From assembly GCF_009914755.1 (NCBI RefSeq), contig NC_060930.1: a stretch of DNA of 64,000 bases; one strand, written 5' to 3'. Under the pieces are notes generated by a model. It made no database searches, had not been told where the DNA came from, and saw only the letters and a program-made list of their open reading frames with translations. The DNA is from the human T2T-CHM13v2.0 reference genome, Homo sapiens. Both the position numbers and the translations under genes were made by a program. Numbering within the stretch: position 1 is the first letter of the stretch; each line of letters begins with the position of its first letter. This document shows positions 14,220 through 30,629 of the stretch, one piece after another.

Positions 14220-14337
14220 AAACAACATACTTTTAAATAACTAATAAGTCAAAGAAGAAATTATAAGAGAATTTAGAAACTACCTTGAGATGAATTAAAA
14301 TGAAAACAAAACATACAAAACTTGTGGGATGCAGCTA

Positions 14338-14517
<180 letters not shown>

Positions 14518-14567
14518 TTATTGGTGTATAAGAATGCTTGTGATTTTTGCACATTGATTTTGTATCC

Positions 14568-16563
<1,996 letters not shown>

Positions 16564-19309
16564 GTGGGAACTGAACAATGAGAACACATGGACACAGGAA
16601 GGGGAACATCACACACCGGGGCCTGTTGTGGGGTGGGGGGAGAGTGGAGGGATAGCATTAGGAGGTATACCTGATGCTAAATGACGAGTTAATGGGTGCA
16701 GCACACCAACATGTCACATGTATACATATGTAACAAACCTGCACATTGTGCACATGTACCCTAAAACTTAAAGTATAATAAAAAAAAGGAGAATAGATTT
16801 TAATTTATGACCTAACCTTCTACCTTCAAAAATTAAAATATGAAGAACAACTAAATCCAAAAGAAGAAATAGGAAAAAAATGACAAAGATTTGACAGAAA
16901 TAAAGAATTGAAAAACAACAGAAAACTAATGGAACAAAAAGTTGGTTCTTTGAAATTACTAACAGAACTGATTGAACTTTAGCTACAATGACCAAGAAGA
17001 AAGAGAGACAATTCTAATTATTAAAATCATAAACAACAGAGGGAACATTACTACCCACTTTATAGAAATAAAAAGAATTATAAGGGAATAAAATGAATAA
17101 CTATATATTTACAAATTACATAGCTTTGATGAAATGGATAAATTTCTAGAAATACATACATTGCTGAAGCTGACTGAAAAAGAAGTAGAAAATCTGAAGA
17201 CATATAACAAGCTAATAGATTCAATTAGTAGAAGTAACTCTTTCCAAAAAGAAAATAACTCCATTGGTGAATTCCACCATTTAACAAAAAATTAACATCA
17301 ACTTTTCACAAAGTGTTCCAAAAAACAGAAGAGGAGGGAACACTTTCCAACACATTGTCTGAGGCCAGTATTATCTTAAAACCAAAACAAGATAAAGACA
17401 TCACAAGAAAAAAAAGGTGGAAGTGGGGGCAAAACAACCAAAAGACCAATATTTCTTGTGAAAATAAGACACAAAAATCTTCAACTTAGTACTAGCAAGC
17501 TATATCCAATAACATATGAAAAAGATTATACAACTATGACCAGGTGGAATTTATCTCAGGAATGTAAGATTTGCTTAAAATTTGAAAATCAAAATATACT
17601 GCACCATATTAATAAAATAAAATGCCAAACCACGTGGTCATCTTAATAGTTGCAGAAAATGCATTTTTAAATTCCAACACCATTTCAAGATAAACACTTT
17701 CAACAAACTAGGAATAGAAAAGAACTTCCTCATCTTGATAAAGGGCTTCTATGAAGAAATAATATTAATATCACACTTCATCATAAAAGATGAAACGTAA
17801 TTTCTCTAAGATCAGAAATAAGATGAATATGTCCACTTTTGCCTCTTCCATTCAATATTATACAAGAGATTTCAGCCAGGGAAATTCAGAAAGAAAAAGA
17901 AAAAAAGGCATCAAGATTGAAAAGGAATCATGATGGTAGATGGGAGGCAGGACTGAATGGCAGCTTTGACTCAGATGGACAGAGCAGCATGTGGAGGCTT
18001 GCATTGTGAATTTTAGCTGCAGATTGACTGCAAGAACAAACCAGCAATCTCGAGAGGATCCACAGACCCTCTGAAGGAAGCAGACTGCTCCTGCAGGACC
18101 TGGGAGACACCCCAAATACTGTGAGAGCCCCAGCTGCAGAAGTGGGAAAGGGAGAGCCTCTTCTCCCAAGCACACACCCCCACTGGAAGAACTGAAGTTC
18201 TGCTTCCAGGAGAAGTTTCCTACCTTACATGGAGCTGAGTCAATTTAGAGAGCCGAGTAAAATACAGGGGTAGAGGAAGCAGCAGAAAGGCCCTGGGATC
18301 TCGCTGGGTCCCCAAGCAAGCCATTCCTGCCTGGCACCACAGGGATCCATCCGGAGGTTGGCTAGAGGAGCTTGAGGTGGAAAACCAAAGGGAGAAAGTA
18401 ATCTCCAGCTGAACTTTATAGCAATTTGAATGGGAGGAGAAGCCTCCTGGCCAGAACTCAGGGGAGGATGTGAATCCAGTGTGCAGACTCCACAGGTAGG
18501 GGAAGAACTGAGCCCTTTTCTTTTGCAGCTGGGAGGTGGGTAGCCTGGGGCAAGTTCTCAAGGCCAGCTTGCCCACCACCTGGAAACAGACTTGGGGCTA
18601 TTGGGGGGACACGATAGGAACTTCAGTTTGTGTGGGAGCTGGGTGAGGCCTGTGACTGCCAGCTTTCCCTCACTTCTCTGACAACCTGTGTGACTCAGCA
18701 GAGGCAGCCATAATCCTCCTAGGTACACAACACCATTGATCTGGGAACCTCACCCCCAGCCCCCACAGCATCCACAGCAAGACCCACCCAAGTAGAATCT
18801 GAGCTCAGACACACCTAACCCTGTTCCCACCTGATGGTCCTTCCCTATTCACCCTATTAGTGAAAGACAAAGGGCATATAATCTTGAGAGTTCCAGGGCC
18901 CCACCCACTGCTGGTTTCTCTCCATACTACCATAGCTGATCCTCTCTGGAAAGTGCCACCTCCCAGCAGGAGGCCAACCAGCACAAAAATTGAACATTAA
19001 ATCACCAAAGCTAAAAATTCTTATGGAGTCCATTGTACCCCCCTGCCACCTCCACCAGAACAGGTACTGATATCCACAGCTGACAGACCCATAGACAGTT
19101 CACATGACTTTGTGCAGAGAACCCCCAGTACTAGTCTGGGGCTGGGTAGACTTGCTGGAAGAGAGACAACAATTACTGCAGTTTGGCCCACAGGAAGCCA
19201 CATCCATAGGAAAAGGGGGAGAGAACTACATCAAGGGAACATCCTGTGGGACAAAAGAATATGAACAACAGCCTTCAGCCCTAGAACCCCCTCTGACAGA
19301 GCCTACGCA

Positions 19310-20320
19310 AATGAGAAGAAACCAGAAAACCAACTCTGGTAATATGACAGAACAAGGCTCCTTAACACCCCCGAAAATCACACTATTTCACCAGCAATGA
19401 TTCCAAACCAAGAAGAAATCCCTGATTTACCTGAAAAAGGATTGAGGAGGTTAGCTATTAAGCTAATCAGGGAGGCACCAGAGAAAGGTAAAGCCCAATG
19501 CAAGGAAATCCAAAAAACGATACAAGAAGTGAAGGGAGAAATATTCAAGGAAATGGCTTAAAGAAAAAACAATAAGAAATTCAGGAAACATTGGCCACAC
19601 TTACAGAAATGCAAAATGCTCTGGAAAGTCTCAGCAATAGAATTAAACAAGTAGAAGAAATAAATTCAGAACTCGAAGACAAGGTCTTTGAATTAACCCA
19701 ATCCAACAAAGATGAAGAAAAAAGCATAGGAAAATATGAACAAAGCCTCCAAGAAGTCTGGGATTATGTTAAATGACCAAACTTAAGAATAATCAGTGTT
19801 CCTGAGGAAGAAGAAAATTCTGAAAGCTTGGAAAATATACTGGGGGGAATAATCAAGGAAAACTTCCCTGGCCTTGCTAGAGACTTAGACATCCAAATAC
19901 AGAAGCACAAAACACCTAGGAAATTCATCACAAAAAGATAATCACCTAGGCACACTGTCATCAGGTTATCCAAAGTTAAGATGAAGGAAAGAATCTTAAA
20001 AGCTGTGAGACAGAAGCACCAGGTAACCTATAAAGGAAAACCTATCAGATTAACAGCAGATTTCTCAGCAGAAACCCTAAAAGCTAGAAGGGATTTGGGC
20101 CCTATCTTCAGCCTCCTCAAACAAACCAATTATCAGCCACGAATTTTGTATCCAGCAAAACTAAGCATCATGTATGAAGGAAAGATACAGTCTTTTTCAG
20201 GTGAACAAATGCTGAGAGAATTAACCACTACCAAGCCACCACTCTAAGAACTGCTAAAAGGAGCTCTAAATCTTGAAACAAATCCTGGAAACACATCAAA
20301 ACATAACCTCTTTAAAGCAT
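19310..20320 (+). pseudogene. L1PB ORF1p remnant
   Basis: 'SLQEVWDYVK' and 'KERILKAVRQKHQVTYKGKPIRLTADFSAETL..QPRILYPAKLS'; stops and frameshifts. Confidence 0.85.
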
Positions 20321-20404
20321 AAATCACACAGGACTTATAAAACAAAAATACAAGTTAAAAAGCAAAAACAAACAAAAAACAAAGTATGCAGGCAACAAAT
20401 AGCA

Positions 20405-23400
20405 TGATGAATGCAATGGTACCTCACATCTCAATACTAACATTAATGTAAATGGCCTAACTGCTCCACTTAAAAGATACAGAACCACAGAATGTATAAG
20501 AACTCACCAGCCAACCATCTGCTGCCTTCAGGAGACTCACCTAACACATAAGGACTCACATAAACTTAAAATAAAGGGGTGGAAAAAAGCATTTCATGCA
20601 AAAGGATACCAAAAGCAAGCAGGGGTAGCTATTCTTATATCGTACAAAACAAACTTCAAAGCAACAGCAGTTAGATAAAGAGGGATATTATATAATGGTA
20701 AAATGCTTTGTCCAACAGGAAAATATCACAATCTTAGACATATATGCACCTAACACTGGAGCTCCCAAATTTATAAAATAATTACTAATAGACCTAATAA
20801 ATGAGATAGACAACAACACAGTAATAGTGGGGACTTCAATCCTCCACTGACAGCATTAGACAGGTCATCAAGGCAGAAAGTCAACAAACAAAAAATGGAT
20901 TTAAACAATGGATGTAAACAAATGGACTTAACAGATATTTACAGAACATTTCATCCAACAACCTTAGAATACACATTCTATTCAACAATGCATGGAGCTT
21001 TCTCCAAGATAGACCATAGGATGGGCCATAAAATGAGCCTCAATAAATTTAAGAAAATTGAAATTATATCAAGCACTCTCTCACACCACAGTGGAATAAA
21101 ACTGGAAATTAACTCCAAAAAGAACCTTCGACACTATGCAAATACATGGAAATTAAATAACCTGCTCCTGAATGAGCATTGGGTCAAAAACAAAATCAAA
21201 ATGGAAATTAAAAAATTCTTCAAAATAAGTGGCAAAGATGACATAACCTATCAAAACCTCTGGAATACAGCAAAGGTGGTACTAAGAGGAAAGTTCATAT
21301 CCCTAAACCCCTACATCAAAAAGACTGAAAGAGCACAACCTGACATTCTAAGATTACACCTCAAGGAACTAGAGAAACAAGAACAAACCAAATACAAACT
21401 CAGCAGAAGAAAGGAAATGACAAAGATCAGAGCAGAACTAAATGAAGTTGCAACAACAAAAAACAGTACAAAAGATAAATGAAATAGAAAGCTGGTTCTT
21501 TGAAAAGATAAATACAATTGATAGACCATTAGCAAGATTAACCAAGAAAAGAGAGAGAAAATCTGAACAACCTCATTAGGAAATGAAACAGGAGATATTA
21601 TTACTGACACCACTGAGATACAAAGATCATTCAAGGCTACTATGAACACCTTTATGCATATAAACTAGAAAACCTAGAAGACATGGATAAATTCATGGAA
21701 AAATACAACCCTCCTTTGTTGTATTAAGGAATACAATTATTCCTTAAATCAGGAATAATTAGATACCATGAGCAGGCCAATAATGAGCAGCAAGACTGAA
21801 ATGGTAATTTAAAAATTACCAACAAAAATGTCCAGGACTAGACGGATCCACAGCAGAATTCTACCAGACATTCGAGGAAGAATTAGTACCAATCCTTTTG
21901 ACACTATTCTACCAGAGAGAGAGAAGGAACTCTCCATAATTCATTCTATGAAACCAGCATCACCCTAATACCAAAACCAGGAAAGGACATAACCAAAAAA
22001 GAAAACTACAGATCAATATCCTTGATGAACATAGATGCTAAAATTCTTAACAAACTACTAGCTAACAAAATCCAACAACATATCAAAAAGACAATCCACC
22101 ATGATCAAGTGGGTTTCATACTAGGGATGCAAGAATGGTTTAACATACGCAAGTCAATAAATGTGACACCACACAAACAGAGTTAAAAACAAAAATCACA
22201 TGATCATCTCAATAGATGCAGAAAAAACATTTCACAAAATCCAGCATCCTTTTATGATTAAAACTCTCAGCAAAATCGTCAGGAAAGGGACATACCTCAA
22301 TGTAATAAAAGCCATCTATGGCAAACCCACAGCCAACATAATACTGAATGAGGAAAATTTGAAAGCCTTCCCTCTGATACTGAACTGGGACAAGACAAGG
22401 ATGCCCACTGTCACCACTCCTCTTCAACATGGTACTGGCAGTCCTAGCCAGAGCAATTAGACAAGAGAAAGAAATCAAGGGCATCCAAATCAGTAAAGAG
22501 GAAGTCACACTGTCACTGTTTGCTGATGATATAATCATGTACCTTGAAAACCCTAAAGACTCCTCCAGAAAGCTCCTAGAACTGATGAAAGAATTCAGCA
22601 AAGTTTCCAGATACAAGATTAATGTACAAAAATCAGTGGCTCCTCTATACACCAACAGCAACCAAGTGGACAATCAAATCAATAACTCAACCCCTTTTAC
22701 AATAGCTGTGAGAAAAAAATACTTAGCATATACCTAACCAAGGAGTTGAAAGATGTCGACAAGGAAAACTACAAAACACTGCTGAAAGAAATCATAGATG
22801 ACACAAACAAATGGAAGCACATCCCATGCTCATAGTTGGGTAGAATCAATATTGTGAAAATGACCATACTGCCAAAAGCAATCTACAAATTCAATGCAAT
22901 CCCCATCAAAATACCACCATCCTTCTTCACAGAATTAGAAAAAACAATTCTAAAATTCATAAGGAACCAAAAAAGAGCCCGCATAGCCAAATCAAGACTA
23001 AGCAAAAAGAACAAATCTGGAGGCATCATACTACTTGGTTTCAAACTATACCATAAGGTCACAGTCACCAAAACAGCGTGGTACTGGTATAAAAATAGGC
23101 ACATAGACCAATGGAACAGCATAGAGAACCCAGAAATAAACCCAAATACTTACAGCCAACTGATCTTTGACAAAGCTGACAAAAACATAAAGTGGGGAAA
23201 GGACACCCTTTTCAACAAACGGTGTTGGCATAATTGACTAGCCACATGTAGGAGAATGAAACTGCGATCCTCATGTTACCTTATACAAAAATCAACTCAA
23301 GATGCATTAAGGACTTAAGTCTAAGACATGAAACTGTAAAAATTCTAGAAGATAATATTGAAAAAACCCTTTTAGACTTTGGCTTCGGCAAGGATTTCAT

Positions 23401-24210
23401 GACCAAGAACTCAAAAGCAAATGCAATAAAAACAAAGATAAATAGTTGGGACCTAATTAAACTAAAAAGCTTTTGCACAGCAAAAGGAACAGTCAGCAGA
23501 GTAAACAGACAACCCATAGAGTGGGAGAAAATCTTCACAATCTGTACATCTGACAAAGGACTAATATCCAGAATCTACGATGAACGCAAACAAATCCGTA
23601 AGAAAAAAATGAAAAATGCCATCAAAAAGTGGGCTAAGGACATGAATAGACAATTCTCAAAAGAAGATACACAAATAGCCAACAAACATATGAAAAAAGG
23701 CTTAACATCACTAATGATCAGGGAAATGCAAATCAAAACCGCAATGCGATACTGCCTTACTTGTGCAAGAATGACCATAATAAAAAAAAAATCAAAGAAC
23801 AGTAGATGTTGGCGTGGATGTGATGATCAAGGAACACTTCTACACTATTGGTGGGAATGTAAACTAGTGTAGCCACTATGGAAAACAGTGTGGAGATTCC
23901 TTAAAGAACTAAAAGTTCTTTGATCCAGCAATCCCACTACTGGATATCTACCCAGAGGAAAAGAAGTCATTACACAAAAGAGATACTTGCACAAGCATGT
24001 TTATAGCAGCATAATTCATAATTGCAAAATTGTGGAACCAATCCAAATGCTCATCAGTCAACGAGTAGATGAAGAAACTGTGGTGTGTATATATACACAC
24101 ACACACATATATAGAGACACACACATATATATATATATATGATGAAACACTACTCAGCCATAAAAATGAATGAATTCACAGCATTTGCAGTGACTTGGAT
24201 GAGACTGGAG
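20405..24210 (+). pseudogene. L1PB ORF2p remnant
   Basis: EN '[17 protein letters not shown]', RT 'MIISIDAEK..' and 'LSLFADDII', C-terminal '[16 protein letters not shown]'; multiple frameshifts. Confidence 0.9.
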
Positions 24211-25936
24211 ACTATTATTCCAAGTGAAGTAACTCAGGAATGGAAAACCAAATATCGTATGTTCTCACTGATATGTGGGAGCTAAGCTATGAGGACACAA
24301 AGGCATTAGAATGATACAATGGACTTTGGGGACTTGGGGGTTGGGCAGGCAAGGGATAAAAGGCTACATATATGGTGCAGTGTATACTGCTCAGGTAATG
24401 GGTGCACCAAAATCTCACAAATCACCACTAAATAACTTATTCATGTAACCAAATACTACCTGTACCCCAATAACTTATGGAAAAATTTAAAAAAAAGAAA
24501 GAGAAAAAAACATTAAAAAGGAAGAAATATAACTATTTTCTATTCACAGACGATATGACCTTGTATATGGAAAATTCTAACGACTCATTATAATAACCTA
24601 TTAATAAATGAGATCACTATGTTTTCAGGACACAAGATTAATATACAAAAAGTTATTGTATTTCAATATGCTAGCAACAAACAATCTGAAAATGAAACTA
24701 AGAAAATAACCCAATTTACAATAGCATCACAAAGAAAAAATACTTAGGAATAAGTTTGATAAAAGTAACGTAAGACTTTATACTAAAAGCGATAAAACAC
24801 TGTTGAAATTAAAGATGACCTAAACAAATGGAAAGACATTTCATGTTCATGGATCAGAAAAATCAATATTGTTAAGATCATGACATTCACCAAGTTGATC
24901 TACAGATTCAAATCAGTTCCTATCAAAATCTCAGTTGACTTTATGTAGAAACTGACAAGATGATCCTAAAATTCAGATGGAAATGCAAGAGACCCAGGAT
25001 AGCCAAAACAATCTTTAAAAAGAGAACAAAGTTGGAAGAAATACACTTCCAGAAATTAAAAAAAAAGTATGATACTGGAATGAGGATAAACATATAGATC
25101 AATACAACAGAACTTAATGTCCAGAATTAAACACTGACATTTATGATCAATTGATTTTCATAAAGGGTGACAAGATAATTCAATGGAATTCTCTCAGTGA
25201 GGACGATTCCAAGATTAGTCTTTTAAACAAATATCACTGAAACAGCTAAATATTCACATGTAAAAGAAAGAATTTGGACCACTACCTCAAACCTACACAA
25301 AATTAATCTAAAATAAACCTATTTTAACCTAAAATAGATCTAATAATAAGGTCTATTAATATAAGACTATAAGACATAAAACTATAAAACTCAAAAGAAT
25401 ATACAAAAGTAAATCTTTCTAATACTGGATTATGCAATGGTTTCTTAGACATTACACCAAAAGCACAAGCAATACAGGAAAAAAATAATAGTTTACCAAA
25501 ATTCAAATCTTTTGTGCTGCTAATTATACAATCAGGATAGAGAAATAATGATCAATGGAAGAAGAGAAAATATTTTCAAATTATATATTTGATAAAGAAT
25601 TTGTATTCAAAATGTATCAGAATTCTTACAACTCAACAGAAATTACCCAATTAAAATATAAGCAAAGAACTGGAACTGATGTTTCTCAAAAAAAATACAC
25701 ATTAATGGATAATAAGCACATGAAAATCTGCTCCACATCTTCAATCATTAGGGAAATGAAAATCAAAATTATAAATGTGATATCACTTCACATAAATTAG
25801 GATTACTATAATTAAATAGACTATAACTTGCATTGAAGAGGGAACAGAAAAATGGGAATCCTTACATATTACTGGTGGATTGTAAAATGGTGAAGCATCT
25901 TTGGAAAAAACACTGGCAGTTTAAAAAGTTAAATAG

Positions 25937-27419
25937 TAGTCCAGAAATAGTCCCACATAAATATAGTCAACTAATCTTTGGCAAAGAACCAAAGACAATA
26001 CAATGGAGAAAAGATAATTTTTTCAACAAATAGTACTGAAACAATTGGACATCCACAGGTAAAATAATGACTCTACACACAGATCTTACACCATTCACAA
26101 CAAGTAACTAAAAATAGATTACAGATCTAAATGTAAAACTCAAAAGTATAAAACTCCCAGAAGTTAGCAAAAGAGAAAATCTAGATGACCTTGGGTTTCA
26201 TGATGACTTTTTAGATATAACACTAAACATCCATGACAAAAAGAATTGATATCTTGCACTTGATTAAAATTAAAAATTTATGCCCTGGGAAGCATACTGT
26301 GAAGAGATTAAAAAGACAAATCACAGATTGGGAGAAAATATCTGACAAATGACTGTTATCCAAAATATATGAATAATTCTTAAAAGTCAACAATAAGAAA
26401 ACAAACAACTCAATTTAATATGGGCCAAAGACCTTAAGAGACATCTCATCAAAGAAGATACACAATGACAAATAAGTATGTAAAAAGATGCCCCACATCA
26501 TAAGTCATCAGAAAAATGCAACTTAAAACAACAATGAGATACTACTACACACCTATTAGAATGGTCAAAATCTATAACATTGACACCACCAAATGCTGGC
26601 AAGGAACAGGAATTATCTTGTTAATTGTTTGTAAGGCAAAATGGTACAGCCACTGTGAAGGACAGTCTGGCACTTTCTTACAAAATTAAACATGTTGTTA
26701 ACAAAAAATCTAGCAACTGTGCTTCTTAGAATTTATGTGAAGAACTTGAAAACTTATGTCCACACAAAAACCTGCACAAGGATGTTTATAGTAGCATCAT
26801 TCTTAATTGCCAAAACTTGAAAGCAACCAAAATGTACTTCAACAGGTAAATGGATAAACTGTAGTGCATCCAGACAATAGAATATTGTTTAGTGCTGAAA
26901 AGAAATGAGCTATCAAGCCATGAGAAACACATAGAAGAAGCTTAAATGCATATTACTAAGTGATAGAAGCCACTTCTGAAAAGGTTACATGCTTTATGAT
27001 TCCAGGTGTATAATATTCTGGAAAATATTTAGAGACAGTAAAAATATCAAAGATTGCCAGGGATAAAGAGGGAGGAATGGGTGAATAGGGAGAGTATAGA
27101 TGATTCTTCGGTCAGCAAAATTACTCTATGTGATATTATAATGGTAAATACATTTCATTATACATTTGTCTAAACCCAAAGAATGTACAACACCAAGAGT
27201 GAACCCTAATGTGAACAATGAATTCTGGATGATAATGATGTGTCATTGTAGGTTTACCAATTGTATAATAACAAATGTACCACTCTGATGGGGGATGTCA
27301 ATAATGAGTGAGGCTGTGCATGTGTGGGTCCAGAGGGTATGTGGGAAATCTCTGTACCTTCAGCTCAATTTTGCTTTGAACCTAAAGTTACTCTAATAAA
27401 TAAAGTCCATTTTTTAAAA
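25937..27419 (+). mobile_element. 5'-truncated L1MC1-like element nested in the L1MB host
   Basis: L1MC1 3' end 'gaggctgtgcatgtgtggg..gggaaatctctgtaccttcagctcaattttgctttgaacctaaa'; TSD AAAAAGTTAAATAG (25923-25936) / AAAAAGTTAAACAG (27420-27433) at a TT/AAAA site. Confidence 0.8.
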
Positions 27420-27841
27420 AAAAAGTTAAACAGCATTATTATATAACTCAACAATTTCATTCCTAGGTATATACTCAAGAGAAAAGAAAACACATGTCCA
27501 CACAAAAAGCTTGTACATGAATGCTCATAACGGTAGTATTCCAGACAGCCAAGATGTGGAAATAAATGAAATATCACTCAATTAATGGATGAGGTTTGGT
27601 AAATTCATACATTAGAATATTATTCAGCCATAAGAAAGTACTGATACATGCTACAAAAGGGATGTACCTTAGAAACATTAAGTGAAAGAAGCCAGACACA
27701 AAAGGCCACATATTGTATGATTCCATTTGTGTGATGCATCCAGAATAGCCATGTCCACAGAGAAAGAAAGATGTTTAGTACTTGCCAAACACTGGGTTAT
27801 GGCAGTAGGAGTATGATAACTGCTAATAAGTACAGGGTTTC

Positions 27842-30088
27842 TGTATTAGTCTGTTCTCACACTGCTATAAAGAAATACCTAAGACTGGGAAATTTATAAA
27901 GGAAAGAGGTTTAATTGACTCACAGTTCTGCATGCCTGAAGAGGCCTCAGGAAACTTACAATCATGGCAGAAGGGGAAGCAGACATGTCCTTCTTCACAT
28001 GGTGGCAGCAAGGAGAAGAATTGAGAACAGAGTGAAGGGGGAAGAGCTCCTTATAAAATCATCAGATCTCATGAGAACTCACTCACTATCATGACAACAG
28101 CAAGGGCAACTGCACTCATCATCCAATCACTTTCCACAATGTCCCTCTCCTAGCACATGGGGATTACAATTGAGATTACAATTCAAGATGAGATGTGGGT
28201 GGGGACATAGAGCCAGACCATAGCATCCCACCCCTGGCCCCTTGGAAATCTCATCTTTCTCACATTTTAAGACACAATTATGCCTTCCCAACAGTTCCCC
28301 AAACTCTTAACTCATTTCAGCATTAACCCAAAAGTGCAAGTCCAAAGTATCATCTGAGAAAAGACAAGTCCCTTCCACCTATGAGCCTGTAAAATCAAAA
28401 GTAAGTTAGTTACTTCCTAGATAAAATAGGGGTACAGACATTGGATAAATACACCCATTCCAAATGGGAGAAATTGGCCAAAACAAAGGGCCTACAGGTC
28501 CCATGCAAGTCTGATATTTAATGAAGCAGTAATTAAATCTTAAAGCTAAGAAATAATCTCATTTGATTCCATGTCTCACATCCAGGGCATGCTAATGCAA
28601 GAGGTGGGCTCCCACAGCTTTGGGCAACTCCAGCCCTGTGGCTCTGCAGGGTACAGCCCCCTCCCAGCTGCTTTCACAGGCTGGTGTTGAGTGTCTGCAG
28701 CTTTTCCAGGCAAATGTTGCAAGCTGTTGGTGGATCTACCATTCTGGGGTCTGGAAGATAGTGGCCCTCTTCTCACAGCTCCACTAAGCAGTGCCCAGTA
28801 GGGACTCTGTGTGGGGGGCTCCAACCCCCTTGCAGTAAAGTTCTGCCTGGACTACCAGGCATTTCAATACATCCTCTGAAATCTAGGCAGAGGTTCCCAA
28901 ACCTCAGTTTTTGATTTTTGTGCACCCACAGGCCCAACACCATGTTTAAGCCTCCAAGGCTTGGGGCTTACACCCTCTGAAGCAACAGCTGCGCTGTACA
29001 TTGGCCCCTTTTAGCCATGGCTAGGACACAGGGTACCAAGTCCTAAGCTTGAACAAAGCAGCAAGGTCCTGAGTCAGGCCCACAAAACTATTTTTTCCTC
29101 CTATGCCTGTGGGCCTGTGATGGGAGGGGCTGCTTTGATGACCTCTGACATGTGCTGAAGAGATTTTCCTCATTGTGCTGGCAATTAACATTTGATTCCT
29201 TGGTTACTTATGCAAATTTCTGCAGCCAGCAGGAATTTCTCCTCAGAAAATGGGTTTTTCTTTTCTATTGCATTGTCAGCCTGCAAGTTTTCCAAACTTT
29301 TATGCTCTGCTTCCTCTTGAATGCTTTGCCACTTAGAAATTTCTTCCACCACATACCCAAAGTCATCTCTCCCAAGTCCAAAGTTCCACAGATCTCTATG
29401 GCAGGGGCAAAATGCTGCCAGTCTCTTTGCTAAAGCATAGCAAGAGTCAGCTTTGCTCCAGTTCCCAAGAAGTTCCTCATCTCCATCTAAGACCACCTCA
29501 GACTGGACTTCATTGTCCATATCACTATCAGCATTTTGGTCAAAATCATTCAACAAGTCTCTAGGTAGTTCCAAACTTTGCCACAACTTCTGGTCTTCTC
29601 CTGAGCCTCCACACTGTTCCAATCTCTGCCTGTTACCCAGTTTCAAAGTTGCTTCCACATTTTTGGGTATCTTTATAGCTGTATCCCACTACCTCCTGGT
29701 ACCAATTACTGTATTAGTCTGTTCTCACCCTGATATGAAGACATACCCCAAGACTGGGTAATTTATAAAGAAAAGATGTTTAATTGATTCACAGTTCCAC
29801 ATGGCTGAGGATGCCTCAGGAAACTTACAATCATGGCAGAAGGGGAAGCAAACATGTACTTCTTCACGTGGTGGCAGGGGAGAAAAGTACAGAGCAAAGG
29901 GGGATGAGCCCCTTATAAAACCATCACATCTCATGAGAACTCACTCACTATCATGAGAACAGCAAGGAGGATCCACCCCCACGGTCTAATCACCTCCCAT
30001 GAGTTCCCTCCCCCATCACGTGGAGATTATAATTTGGATTACAATTTAAGATGAGATTTTGGTGAGGACACAGAGCCAGACCATATTA
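27842..30088 (-). mobile_element. Full-length THE1C/D-like MaLR (LTR 27842-28225, internal 28226-29709, LTR 29710-30088)
   Basis: Two antisense LTRs (TGTATTAG...CCATAGCA/CCATATTA), MaLR internal ORF remnant (29185-29658), perfect 5-bp TSD GTTTC (27837-27841 / 30089-30093). Confidence 0.92.
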
Positions 30089-30299
30089 GTTTCTTTTTAG
30101 GGTGATGGAACATTCTTAAATGAGATAGTAATGATGGTGACATGACTCTGTGAACATGCTAACAAGCACTGAATTGTATACTTTAAAAGGGATAAATGAG
30201 AACTAAGAAAGTGCTTGGCACTGCCTGACAAATATTAAGTGCTTGCAAACCTTAGTTGTTGGTATTACCATTAATAGGAATAGATGATTATGTCATTAA

Positions 30300-30629
<330 letters not shown>

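Larger units (their letters stand above)
17928..24508 (+). mobile_element. Full-length (~6.6 kb) L1PB1-like element, both ORFs disrupted
   Basis: L1PB-type 5'UTR, ORF1 remnants (19591-20247), ORF2 remnants (20895-23872), L1PB1 3' end 'ccccaataacttatggaaa'; TSD AAGATTGAAAAGGAA (17913-17927) / AACATTAAAAAGGAA (24509-24523). Confidence 0.9.

Noticed and set aside
25186-25212. ~22-nt extra sequence in the old L1 bounded by GGAAT/ATTCC
   Set aside because: Host too diverged to define the insert or its template confidently
29185-29658. 157-aa ORF in THE1 internal region
   Set aside because: Standard MaLR internal ORF remnant; its homologue at 42.4-43.4 kb is broken; no sign of selection
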